Source: Spirochaetia bacterium | GTDB lineage: Bacteria > Spirochaetota > Spirochaetia > UBA9216 | Assembly (NCBI GenBank): GCA_963677925.2 | Contig: CAXXYH010000004.1 | Span: 1,312,001-1,376,000 of the forward strand | DNA length: 64,000 bases | Direction of reading: 5' to 3' | Part shown: piece by piece, positions 30,000-39,448 of the stretch | Numbering within the stretch: the stretch's first letter is position 1 | How the letters are laid out: each line of letters opens with the position of its first letter | Notes under the pieces: generated by a model | Seen by the model: only the letters and a program-made list of their open reading frames with translations | Told to the model about the DNA's origin: nothing | Databases searched by the model: none | Made by a program: the position numbers and the translations under genes

Positions 30000-30902
30000 T
30001 CATTCCTCTTCATCCGCGCAGGCGGCCTGGTAGGTCTTTCTGAATTCGCTCGGGGTGTACTGCGTGGAATTATGAAACACAGTACAGAAGTAGTTGCTCG
30101 ATGAAAAGCCCGCGTCAAGGGCAATCTGGGTTACAGGCAGATCGGTTTCCGCAAGCTGCTGCTTGGCCCATTCGAGCTTTTTGAAGGTTATATAGTTTGC
30201 CGGCGGAAAGCCGACAATTTCCTTGAATTTACTTTTAAACCTGGACAGGGAATAGCCGGATATAGCCGCAAGTTCTTTAAGCTGCAGAGGTTCCTGAAAG
30301 TCCCTGTCGATAATATCAACAGCCCGTTTAATGTTCTCATCTGTAATATTTTTCTTCTGCTTGCGCACCGGAATGAATTCCGGAACCTTGAAAAGGAAGG
30401 TGCACAGGTACTGGACTCCCAGCATCAGAGAGAGGGGGTCTTTATCGCTGATATTGCTGAAAGCCAGGCTCAGCAGCTTCTGATCTGTTGAAGGGAAGCG
30501 CAGATGCCGGTATTCCAGGCTGCTGAGAATATCATAAAGAGCAAGGGAGTAGGTTTCGTTGAGTCCAAGCAGCTGCTTTTTTCTGCTTGTATCAATCTGC
30601 AGTGCAAAAAACGAGCAGGGGCTTAAATCAATACTGCTTGTATAATGAGGTTCGAAGGGGAATGAGATAAACATCTCGTTTCCGGTGATAGTGTAATCCT
30701 TATTATCAACATGACAGCTTCGTTTTCCTTTTATCAGGCAGTGTATCTCAATGATATCGGAATGGATATGGAGCGGGGTAGGCAGTGATGCTGTGGGCAT
30801 ATTCCAGTGTGCGAAGTTCTTCAGTCCGGAAATGCCGTGCTGGTCAAGAGTTATAACCTTGTTATGCTTCTCCCAGCAGTACTCATCTATGATTTCCAGC
30901 AT
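30000..30902 (-). CDS. AraC family regulator (cupin + HTH)
   Basis: LHIH..EIH cupin; GYSLSRFKSKFK, IALDAGFSSSNYFCTVF; AGGAGG SD before ATG 30902. Confidence 0.9.
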   Translation of the reverse strand: MLEIIDEYCWEKHNKVITLDQHGISGLKNFAHWNMPTASLPTPLHIHSDIIEIHCLIKGKRSCHVDNKDYTITGNEMFISFPFEPHYTSSIDLSPCSFFALQIDTSRKKQLLGLNETYSLALYDILSSLEYRHLRFPSTDQKLLSLAFSNISDKDPLSLMLGVQYLCTFLFKVPEFIPVRKQKKNITDENIKRAVDIIDRDFQEPLQLKELAAISGYSLSRFKSKFKEIVGFPPANYITFKKLEWAKQQLAETDLPVTQIALDAGFSSSNYFCTVFHNSTQYTPSEFRKTYQAACADEEE

Positions 30903-31036
30903 TAAAAATCCCCTCCTGATGTTTGGAAAAGTACTAAAGATAATCCTGAATGTCCAATTTAAGCACACACTATTATACTACAAATGAATCCGAACCACTA
31001 ATAAAAATATGGATTCATACAGGAAGGACCTTGAGG

Positions 31037-31963
31037 ATGAGCAATTCAATTTCAAATGGTGTATGGCCGGTAATGCTTACACCGTATACGGAAGATAACA
31101 AAATCGATTATGACGGTGTACTTGAGATGCTTGACTGGTATGCAGCAGGCAAGGTAACCGGCATATTTGCCGTATGTCAGTCTAGTGAGATGTTTAAATT
31201 AACAAAGGAAGAACGTCTGACACTGGCTTCATTTATCATTAAAAACAGGCCGAAGGGTCTGGGTATAGTTGTCTCCGGACATGTTGCTCCGACTATAGAT
31301 GAACAGATTGAAGAAGCCCAGGCTGTTGTTGATGCGGGCGCCGATTCCTATGTTTTTATCTCAAACCAGTTTGCAGCTGCCGATGAGGGCGATGATGCTG
31401 CCAAAAAGAATATTGAGGCGCTTATCAACGGAGTTAAGGCAGACAGCTTCGGAATTTATGAATGTCCGCAGCCTTATAAAAGACTCATGTCTCCGGAACT
31501 TCTTGCATGGTGTGCACAGACCGGTAAATTCAGTTTTCTTAAGGACACCTGCTGCAGCCTCCCCGAACTGAAGGCAAAACTCAACGCCGTTGACGGAACA
31601 CCTCTTAAAATATTCAACGCAAATGCAGCAACACTGCTTGAGAGTCTGAAGATGGGTGCTGCCGGATACAGCGGTATCATGGCTAACTTTCATGCCGACC
31701 TTTACAGCTGGCTCTGCGCCAATTTTGAGAAAGAACCCAAAAAAGCTGAAATTCTTCAGGACCTGCTTGGTTTTGCAAGCACTATTGAATGCCAGATGTA
31801 TCCGGTTAACGCCAAGTATCACATGGAACTTGACGGACTGAATATTAATCTGTTCAGCAGGGTTCAGGATTTCACACAGTTCACTCCGAACCGTCAGATG
31901 GAGATAGAGCAGATGAGAAGATCGATAAATCTGATGAGATCTCAGATTGGAATTTGGAATTAA
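31037..31963 (+). CDS. DapA/NAL-like class I aldolase (CQSSE subgroup)
   Basis: GVWPVMLTPY, AVCQSSE, IYECP, Schiff-base Lys in LKDT. Confidence 0.85.
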   Translation: MSNSISNGVWPVMLTPYTEDNKIDYDGVLEMLDWYAAGKVTGIFAVCQSSEMFKLTKEERLTLASFIIKNRPKGLGIVVSGHVAPTIDEQIEEAQAVVDAGADSYVFISNQFAAADEGDDAAKKNIEALINGVKADSFGIYECPQPYKRLMSPELLAWCAQTGKFSFLKDTCCSLPELKAKLNAVDGTPLKIFNANAATLLESLKMGAAGYSGIMANFHADLYSWLCANFEKEPKKAEILQDLLGFASTIECQMYPVNAKYHMELDGLNINLFSRVQDFTQFTPNRQMEIEQMRRSINLMRSQIGIWN

Positions 31964-32006
31964 CCCCAGACAGGGGAGATAATATATTCAACTAAAGGAG
32001 CAATTT

Positions 32007-33017
32007 ATGAAAAAGATTGGATTGGTGATGCTTGTTCTGATGCTTGGAGCAGGAATGCTGCTGTTTGCAGGCGGATCACAGGAAAAAGACGCTGCTAAAC
32101 CCGTAGAACTTATTTTTACTTCAGTTTCAATACCGGGTGATTCACACACTGAAGCAATGTACGTTTTCGCAGACAAGGTAAAAGAGCTTACCGGCGGTTC
32201 TGTTGAAGTTAAGGTTTATGACAGTGCTACACTTTTCACACAGGAAAATGAATACGATGCCCTTATCAGCGGTCAGGCTGACATGGCATATATCTCATTC
32301 CCGACTCTTGCTACACAGATTCCTTCGTTCAGCATGTTCGGTTCAGGCTACTTCTTCAGCTCTTACGATCATATGACAAAGGTTCTTAACGGCGATTTGG
32401 CAAAAGAAAACATATGGCCTGCTGTACAGGAACTCGGCCTTCAGCCGCTTGGAAGCATGTACCTCGGTTCACGTGTTGTAAATACAAAAGACAAGAAAAT
32501 CAACAGCTATGCTGATATGAACGGTGTACTTCTTAGAATGCCCGGTTCTGAATCATGGCTCTTCCTTGGAAAGGCTCTCGGTGCAAACCCGACTCCTCTG
32601 TCTTTCAGCGAACTCTACACAGCACTTCAGACCGGTGCCGTAGGCGGACAGGATAACCCCCTTCCTACAGTAGAAAGTGCAAAGTTCTATGAGGTAACAA
32701 AATACCTTGCTATTACAAACCATGTTATCGATTCCATTATGCCCTGTGTTAACCTGGACAAATGGAACATGATGACTGCCGAACAGCAGGATGCAGTAAT
32801 GGAAGCTATGACTTACGCAATTGCATTCAACGATCAGGAAAGAATTTCCCGTGAAAACAGCCTTGTTGAGTTCTTCGAGGGCGAAGGCATGACTGTAACT
32901 CACCCTGATATTGCAGAGTTCAGAGCAAATGTACAGGCTGCATATGCAGCAAACGAAGCTATGACTTCAACATGGGATATGGATCTGTATGAAAAAGTAC
33001 AGAGCATGGCAGAATAA
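32007..33017 (+). CDS. dctP: TRAP substrate-binding protein (DctP/SiaP-like)
   Basis: LFAGGSQE signal; LRMP, ELYTALQTG, GQDNP, FYEV. Confidence 0.93.
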   Translation: MKKIGLVMLVLMLGAGMLLFAGGSQEKDAAKPVELIFTSVSIPGDSHTEAMYVFADKVKELTGGSVEVKVYDSATLFTQENEYDALISGQADMAYISFPTLATQIPSFSMFGSGYFFSSYDHMTKVLNGDLAKENIWPAVQELGLQPLGSMYLGSRVVNTKDKKINSYADMNGVLLRMPGSESWLFLGKALGANPTPLSFSELYTALQTGAVGGQDNPLPTVESAKFYEVTKYLAITNHVIDSIMPCVNLDKWNMMTAEQQDAVMEAMTYAIAFNDQERISRENSLVEFFEGEGMTVTHPDIAEFRANVQAAYAANEAMTSTWDMDLYEKVQSMAE

Positions 33018-33124
33018 AAACTGGCGAATCAGTTTTTAACACATTATTCTTTAAAGGAGAGACCTTCCCCGCGGAGGTCCTCCTTAATTTTTCTAAGGTC
33101 AAATTTATAGGTAGGATGTAGGAA

Positions 33125-33634
33125 ATGGATCTGATAAAGAAGATCGGAAAAGCAGTTATGTACTTACTTGGTACTGTTATTCCAAACCTGACGTTTCTTT
33201 TGATTTTTGTCACCTTCATGGTAACAATTGTCTCAAGATATGTTTTAAAGGCTCCCGTTCCCTGGGCGTATGAAATAAGTATTCTGGCTTATATGTGGAC
33301 GATGTTCTTCGGAGTCGGCAAGGCAATGCAGAATGATGAGCACGTTGTGTTCGGTCTGGTTTATGATCATGTAAGACCCGGAGTAAAGATTGTTTTTGAT
33401 ATTATCAGCAGTCTGACTCTCGGAGTATTGCTGATTACTGTATTCATTCCGTCAATCCACTCTCTGCTTGCAAAGAAGATGGTAACCGGCGTTCTTAAGC
33501 TGCCGTATACAATTGTATTCTCTCCGCTTATCTATATGTTTGCCGAAATGCTTGTAAGGAGTCTGCTTGACTGCTGGAAGCATGTGAAAAAATTTCAGAC
33601 AGAAATCATCAGGAAGGAAGGTGAACAGAAATGA
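33125..33634 (+). CDS. dctQ: TRAP small permease
   Basis: SRY..WAYE, EHV, four TM. Confidence 0.88.
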   Translation: MDLIKKIGKAVMYLLGTVIPNLTFLLIFVTFMVTIVSRYVLKAPVPWAYEISILAYMWTMFFGVGKAMQNDEHVVFGLVYDHVRPGVKIVFDIISSLTLGVLLITVFIPSIHSLLAKKMVTGVLKLPYTIVFSPLIYMFAEMLVRSLLDCWKHVKKFQTEIIRKEGEQK

Positions 33635-34914
33635 ACGTAGTACTTATTCTTTTTCTGATTCTGGCTCTCTGTTTCATCATCAGAATGCCCGTTTCAATGG
33701 CGATGCTTGCAGCATCGATCAGTTACTTCCTTCTGAGCGGAAGAAGTCTCGAACAGGTTTTTACCGTTATGTCGGGAAACATGTTCTCAAACTATACAAT
33801 GCTTGCGGCACCCCTGTTTATATTTATGGCTAACGTCATGAATGAGGGCGAAATTACCGACAAACTGTTCAAATTCTGCAACGGTCTTTTCGGTCGTCTG
33901 CGGGGCGGAACAGCCCAGGTTAATGTAGCCGCATCACTGATTTTCTCAGGGATGACCGGTTCAGCTATTGCAGATGCTTCCGGAATCGGCCTGATGGAAA
34001 TTGAACAGATGAAAAAAGAGGGCTATGACTCTTCTTTCAGCTGTGCACTTACAGCGGCATCCGCTACGGTCGGGCCTATATTCCCGCCTAGTATTCCGAT
34101 GGTTATCTACGCCATGCTTTCGGGCGCTTCAATCGGCAAGCTTTTCATGGGCGGTATGATTCCCGGAATCATCCTTTCCCTTATGCTTGCAGGCTATGTA
34201 GCGGTGGTTTCCGCTAAAAGGCAGTATCCCCGCGGTGAAATGATGGCGATACGTCAATTTATCAGGGTTTCAATCAGTGCAATTCCCGCACTTTTTACAG
34301 TAGTCCTCCTTCTCGGCGGAATCTACCTCGGTATTGTAACCCCGACCGAAGCCGGAGCACTTGCCTCGAGTTATGCGATAATTATTTCAATCATTATCTA
34401 CCGGAACCTCGGACCTGAAAAGTTCTGGAGAATCATCAAGAAAAGCGCTGCCAATACAGCAACCCTTGCACTTCTTGCAGGAACTTCAATGCTTTTCTCA
34501 TATATCATCGCTCTTGAGCAGGTTCCCCGCGCTATTGCAGGCGTAGTAATGGGAATTACCGAAAACAAATACGTCTTCCTCATGGTTGTTAATGTTATCT
34601 TTCTGCTTCTGGGCTGTGTCCTTGATGTCAGCACCATACAGCTTGTATTTGTTCCGATGGTTCTTCCGCTTGTTAATGCATTCGGAATCGACCTTGTACA
34701 TTTCGGTGTAATAATCTGTTTCAATATGATGATAGGTCTTTCAACACCTCCATTCGGAATGCTGCTCTTCATTGTTGCCGGACTGGGCAAAACAAAGATA
34801 AGCGGCGTTATACGTGAAATTATTCCGATGATTCTGGTTATGATTGCGGTTCTTCTGGCAATTACCTATATACCGGATATTGTTATGGCAATTCCGAACA
34901 GGTTCATGTCCTGA
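33631..34914 (+). CDS. dctM: TRAP large permease
   Basis: FSGMTGSAIAD, IFPPSIP, TPTEA, HFGV, TPPFG. Confidence 0.94.
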   Translation: MNVVLILFLILALCFIIRMPVSMAMLAASISYFLLSGRSLEQVFTVMSGNMFSNYTMLAAPLFIFMANVMNEGEITDKLFKFCNGLFGRLRGGTAQVNVAASLIFSGMTGSAIADASGIGLMEIEQMKKEGYDSSFSCALTAASATVGPIFPPSIPMVIYAMLSGASIGKLFMGGMIPGIILSLMLAGYVAVVSAKRQYPRGEMMAIRQFIRVSISAIPALFTVVLLLGGIYLGIVTPTEAGALASSYAIIISIIIYRNLGPEKFWRIIKKSAANTATLALLAGTSMLFSYIIALEQVPRAIAGVVMGITENKYVFLMVVNVIFLLLGCVLDVSTIQLVFVPMVLPLVNAFGIDLVHFGVIICFNMMIGLSTPPFGMLLFIVAGLGKTKISGVIREIIPMILVMIAVLLAITYIPDIVMAIPNRFMS

Positions 34915-34923
34915 TAACAGCAG

Positions 34924-37900
34924 ATGGATACACTCGATGAGATAAACAAAAGGCTGAACGGGGCTTCCCCGAAGTACCGTTCAGCACCCTTCTGGGCCTG
35001 GAATGATTCACTCCGGCCCGAAAGGCTTACCGGTCAGATTGATCTGATGAAAGAGCAGGGCATAGGCGGCTTTTTCATTCATTCACGGGAAGGACTTGAA
35101 ACAGAGTATCTTTCAGATGAGTGGATGGACTGTACAGAAGCAGCCCTGAATCATGCCGAAAAATCGGGCATGGAAGTCTGGATCTATGATGAGGACACCT
35201 GGCCCTCCGGCAGTGTGGGCGGGGCGGTAAGCGCCGCCGATCCGCAGCATTTTTCAGCCAAAGCACTGACCCTTGAAATAAGCACAAACAAAAACCACTC
35301 CAACGACGCCGATATTCTGGCGGTCTGCCCTGCTGAGCCCTACGCTGGCCCCGGAGCAGAAAACCGCTTTCTGGTTTTCAGAAGAGAACTTTCAGGCCCC
35401 TCGGAATGGTATAACGGCTCTGCGCCAAGCGATAATATGAACCCGGAAGCGGTCCGCCTGTTTTTAAATAAAACCCATAAGGCTTATGCCGACTGCTTCG
35501 GTGAAAAGCTCGGTCCGGCAATCAAGGGTTTTTTTACTGATGAACCCAACGTCTGTGACTTTTTCGCCAATTTTACAGCCGGACGCCCCTGGCTGCCCTG
35601 GACCGATTCTTTCACTCAGTCTTTTATAGACGCCCGGGGCTATGATATCCAAGGAATCCTTCCGCTTCTTTTCTTTAAGGGGGAGGGCTCGGAGAAGGCT
35701 CGCTACGATTACTGGCTTACACTTACAGAAATCTTTGTTACATCTTATACGAGGCAGCTCTATGACTGGTGTGAAGAGCACAATGTCAAACTGACCGGCC
35801 ATATGCTTTATGAAAACGATCTCGGCTACGGCGTCCGCTGCAACGGGGCGGTCATGCCGCACTACCGCTACATGCATGCGCCCGGAATTGATCTGCTGGG
35901 GGATCAGCGCAGTGAGTATCTTACGGTAAAACAGTGCACAAGCGTTGCCAATCAGTTCCGCCGCGATATGGTTCTGTCTGAGATGTACGGATGCACCGGC
36001 TGGGAGTTTTCTTTTTCCGGACAGAAACGTCTTGGGGACTGGCAGTATGTGATGGGCGTCAATAAAAGGTGTCAGCATCTCGCGCTCTACTCGATAAGCG
36101 GCTGCAGAAAGCGTGATTATCCGCCGGCGTTCAACTATCAGTCAACATTCTGGGAATATTCTCATCTTATGGAAGACTACTTTGCACGCCTGGGTGTCTG
36201 CACGACATCCGGGGAGGTTCACCGCGATATACTCATGATTCATCCGGTGGGAACATTCTGGATGAAGTCGGGCAGTTCCGCGGATGAAGATCTTTCAAAA
36301 GTGTACATGAACATGGGCTGGCTTGATGAGCATCTGATGAATCTCAACCGCGAAGGCGACTACTACAATCAGCTGACACATCAGCTTCTCGCCCGCCAGT
36401 TTGATTTTGATTTCGGTGATGAGCTTATTATGAAAGATGAAGCCTCTGTTTCCGGAAGCTGTCTTCAGGTCGGCTCTCACTCGTATTCTTATGTAATAGT
36501 TCCGCCGCTTCAGACCCTGATGGCTTCTACCATTGAGCTTTTAAAGGACTTTCTTGAATCGGGGGGGCATATCTTCTGGATGACTCCCTATCCTGAATAC
36601 GTTGATGCTGAAAAATCCGGAAAGATAGCAGAGCTTACAGGTCATTTCCGTGTTCATCCCGTGGAAAATTTTGCTAAACTTGTATCTGTGATGTCATCCA
36701 TGGTTCAAAGGCCGGTGCGGATATGTGACGGATTCGGAACTGACTGTGACCGGCTGCTTTCGATGACCCGTACCCTTGAAAAGGGCAGGGCTGTTACAAT
36801 TGTAAATACCGCTGCTGAAAAACTTGATGGACTTATTCTGAAATTTGCAGACAGGGGAAGGCTTACCCGGCTTGATCTGCTTTCCGGAGATCAGTCAATA
36901 GTTCCTGTTGAACTTGATGATCAGGGCGGAATGAACTACAGGCTCTCATTTGAAGCCGAGGAAACGGTTGTCTTTTTTATTGATGAGACCGCTGAACCTG
37001 AAGTATCCCGGCCGCTTTCGCTTTACTACCGGCATCCCCATGATTCTGTTGAGCTTGTCTACGGATTTCCCGCTGTCTCTCCTGTCAGGCTTACAAGTGA
37101 AAACGCCCTTACCCTTGATATCTGCAGTTTCAGAATTGCCGATGAGGCATGGAGTGATGAGCTTCCGGTATGGCAGGCGCAGAAGATTATCCGTGAGCGC
37201 TTTGGCATGCAGGCTGTCCACTACAACGGTGCACCCCAGCGCTACCTCTGGATTGATGATAAAAAAGAGTATCCGCTTTCATTGCGTTTCTCTTTTACCG
37301 TGGACTGCACTCCTGAGGGAGAGGTCTTTGCGGCAGTTGAAAAATCCGCAGGGATGAAAATCAGCTGTAATTCCAGGGCCTGTGAACAGACAGAACAGTG
37401 GTTTATCGATGAAGATTTTATCAAGCACCGGATTCCTGTGCTTGTGAACGGTGAGAATGTGCTTGAAATAGATCTGATGTACTGCTCCTCAACCGAGCTT
37501 GAAGATATCTACATTACAGGAAACTTCGGCGTCAGCCCGTCCCGCCGCATCACCGGAATACCGTCGACTCTGGAGCGGGGTGACTGGTCGCTACAGGGGC
37601 TGAAGCATTACCCTGGAAGCTGTATCTACCAGTATGAAATTCCTGCAGCAGCACTGGCTGAGATTAAGGCTTCTGAGGGTTCACGAAGGCTGATGCTTCA
37701 CCTGGGAGAGTTCAGCGGTGCTCTTGCGGTGATTAGAATTGACGGCGGAGAACCAATCTTTGCCCTTCGTGAGACGGATATCGAGCTCAGCGGTAAAATT
37801 GCCCCAACAGCCGGGCCCGTATCGGTTGAAATTGAGATAGTCGGAAGCCTCCGAAACCTGTTGGGGCCGCTTCACAGATCTGCAGATGTCTGCAGCAGAA

Positions 37901-38001
37901 TAAGCTGGGAAGATTTTCATCCCTCCGGTGCGGCCTTCACGCCGGAATATGTAACTGAAGCTGCGGGGCTTATGGGTGAAGTTTATCTATATATTGAATA
38001 A
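34924..38001 (+). CDS. Cytoplasmic glycoside hydrolase, GH106-like
   Basis: PFWAWND, GGFFIHSREGL, YDEDTWPSG, GFFTDEP, PGIDLL, SEMYG; no signal peptide. Confidence 0.8.
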   Translation: MDTLDEINKRLNGASPKYRSAPFWAWNDSLRPERLTGQIDLMKEQGIGGFFIHSREGLETEYLSDEWMDCTEAALNHAEKSGMEVWIYDEDTWPSGSVGGAVSAADPQHFSAKALTLEISTNKNHSNDADILAVCPAEPYAGPGAENRFLVFRRELSGPSEWYNGSAPSDNMNPEAVRLFLNKTHKAYADCFGEKLGPAIKGFFTDEPNVCDFFANFTAGRPWLPWTDSFTQSFIDARGYDIQGILPLLFFKGEGSEKARYDYWLTLTEIFVTSYTRQLYDWCEEHNVKLTGHMLYENDLGYGVRCNGAVMPHYRYMHAPGIDLLGDQRSEYLTVKQCTSVANQFRRDMVLSEMYGCTGWEFSFSGQKRLGDWQYVMGVNKRCQHLALYSISGCRKRDYPPAFNYQSTFWEYSHLMEDYFARLGVCTTSGEVHRDILMIHPVGTFWMKSGSSADEDLSKVYMNMGWLDEHLMNLNREGDYYNQLTHQLLARQFDFDFGDELIMKDEASVSGSCLQVGSHSYSYVIVPPLQTLMASTIELLKDFLESGGHIFWMTPYPEYVDAEKSGKIAELTGHFRVHPVENFAKLVSVMSSMVQRPVRICDGFGTDCDRLLSMTRTLEKGRAVTIVNTAAEKLDGLILKFADRGRLTRLDLLSGDQSIVPVELDDQGGMNYRLSFEAEETVVFFIDETAEPEVSRPLSLYYRHPHDSVELVYGFPAVSPVRLTSENALTLDICSFRIADEAWSDELPVWQAQKIIRERFGMQAVHYNGAPQRYLWIDDKKEYPLSLRFSFTVDCTPEGEVFAAVEKSAGMKISCNSRACEQTEQWFIDEDFIKHRIPVLVNGENVLEIDLMYCSSTELEDIYITGNFGVSPSRRITGIPSTLERGDWSLQGLKHYPGSCIYQYEIPAAALAEIKASEGSRRLMLHLGEFSGALAVIRIDGGEPIFALRETDIELSGKIAPTAGPVSVEIEIVGSLRNLLGPLHRSADVCSRISWEDFHPSGAAFTPEYVTEAAGLMGEVYLYIE

Positions 38002-38062
38002 AACATAGTGACTAAAAATGCTTATCCCGTTTATAATCTATTTAGATTTTCAGGAGGTTTTT

Positions 38063-38611
38063 ATGGGTACTTTGGAAAATTCAAGCGCTGCAGGGTTCGC
38101 AGACGGGCAATGGGAAAGCATAGTTTCTGTTGTTTCTTCCTCATTCGGTTTCAGTGCTGATGAAAGTAAGAAATTATCAGAAAACAAAACCGCAAAGCTT
38201 ATTGCCGCAATCCCCTTTCTGGCCGGCTGTTCACAGCCCATGAGGACCGCAGTCGCTAATCTCGCTGTATACCATATTGCCAGGGCTGAAGGAAAATCAG
38301 TTTTTGAACATAATGCCTTAGATGATCAGGATGCCTATGCCAGATTATTCAGTATATCGAATTTTCAGGGCGGTGATGAAAAGATCATAAAAAGAGGAAT
38401 GGCCCTGCTTGCACTTCAGAGTCTGCGCAACCATGTGAAGGATTCCGGGACCGATGGAGCAAAGGGTAAGTATAACCCTGTCTCTGAAGGTAAATGGGAT
38501 GCTTCAGCAATTGAAACTCAACTTCTCACTGAAATACAAAATGTAGAAAGTCCTGAAATGGATGAAATTTTGAGTTCAGGAGATGTAGATGGCTTCTGGG
38601 ATAACAACTAA
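38063..38611 (+). CDS. Hypothetical all-alpha protein, 182 aa (possible isoprenoid-synthase-like motifs)
   Basis: AGGAGG SD, own promoter GTGACT-18-TATAAT (38008-38037); LDDQD and NHVKDSGTDGAKGKYNP; ends DGFWDNN. Confidence 0.8.
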   Translation: MGTLENSSAAGFADGQWESIVSVVSSSFGFSADESKKLSENKTAKLIAAIPFLAGCSQPMRTAVANLAVYHIARAEGKSVFEHNALDDQDAYARLFSISNFQGGDEKIIKRGMALLALQSLRNHVKDSGTDGAKGKYNPVSEGKWDASAIETQLLTEIQNVESPEMDEILSSGDVDGFWDNN

Positions 38612-39437
38612 TAAATTTTCAATTTTTAAAGTACAAAAAAGGATTTCATATATAGTCTCAGCCCTTGGGATGCTTGTTGTGTTTATCAACTTCTTTGATT
38701 TGGTACGGCGATTTCCTGTTATAGATGCACTTTTGTATCCTTCTGTCGGTATTATACTTGCAGTATCAATCGTTATCTTTTTAACCTCACTAAAAGACAG
38801 CAGTTTTTTAAGGTATGTACAGCTGTTTATCTTTTTTCTTGTAGGTGCTATTGCAATTCTTGATGTTTATAATTCCTTTCATGGCCTGGGTCTTGTTATT
38901 CTGACTTTGATAATCGGTTTCCGCTACGGCCTCTTTGAAAAGAAGCCCCTTTTAAAGATATTTCTGTTTATAGGCATAATATTTGTTATTGTAGAAATTG
39001 CCGCAAGTCTTCAGAGCGGGGTAATACGCTGGAATACCGGTCTGGATGCAATAATGTACATCCTTGTCTTTATAGGGGTCCTCTATACCATCTATTCAAA
39101 TGAAATTATCTACTACGTAAAATTAACCACCGAGGCTGAAAATAAACTGAACCGGATAGAAATGGAGCGGACCCGCCTCCAGAACAAGCTTGATGATCTT
39201 GATCTGGTGTACAGACAGCTGACCCAGCCTGCCGATCTTGACTCCATGGGAATTACTCCCAGAGAGATGGAAGTTATTGAGGCTCTGGTTGTTTACCGGG
39301 AACGGGACAGGGCATTGGCTGAAAGGCTCGGGATTTCACCCTATACACTGAAAGAACATATGAAGCATATCAGGGACAAGCTGGGCGTTGACCGCAGGGA
39401 TGAGATTGTCGATATGTGCAGGAATAATTTTTCTTAA
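38589..39437 (+). CDS. Membrane-integral LuxR-family one-component regulator
   Basis: About 6 TM helices, coiled coil, ITPREMEV..LAERLGISPYTLKEHMKHIRDKLGV HTH. Confidence 0.88.
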   Translation: MASGITTNKFSIFKVQKRISYIVSALGMLVVFINFFDLVRRFPVIDALLYPSVGIILAVSIVIFLTSLKDSSFLRYVQLFIFFLVGAIAILDVYNSFHGLGLVILTLIIGFRYGLFEKKPLLKIFLFIGIIFVIVEIAASLQSGVIRWNTGLDAIMYILVFIGVLYTIYSNEIIYYVKLTTEAENKLNRIEMERTRLQNKLDDLDLVYRQLTQPADLDSMGITPREMEVIEALVVYRERDRALAERLGISPYTLKEHMKHIRDKLGVDRRDEIVDMCRNNFS

Positions 39438-39448
39438 TCCGGGGAACC

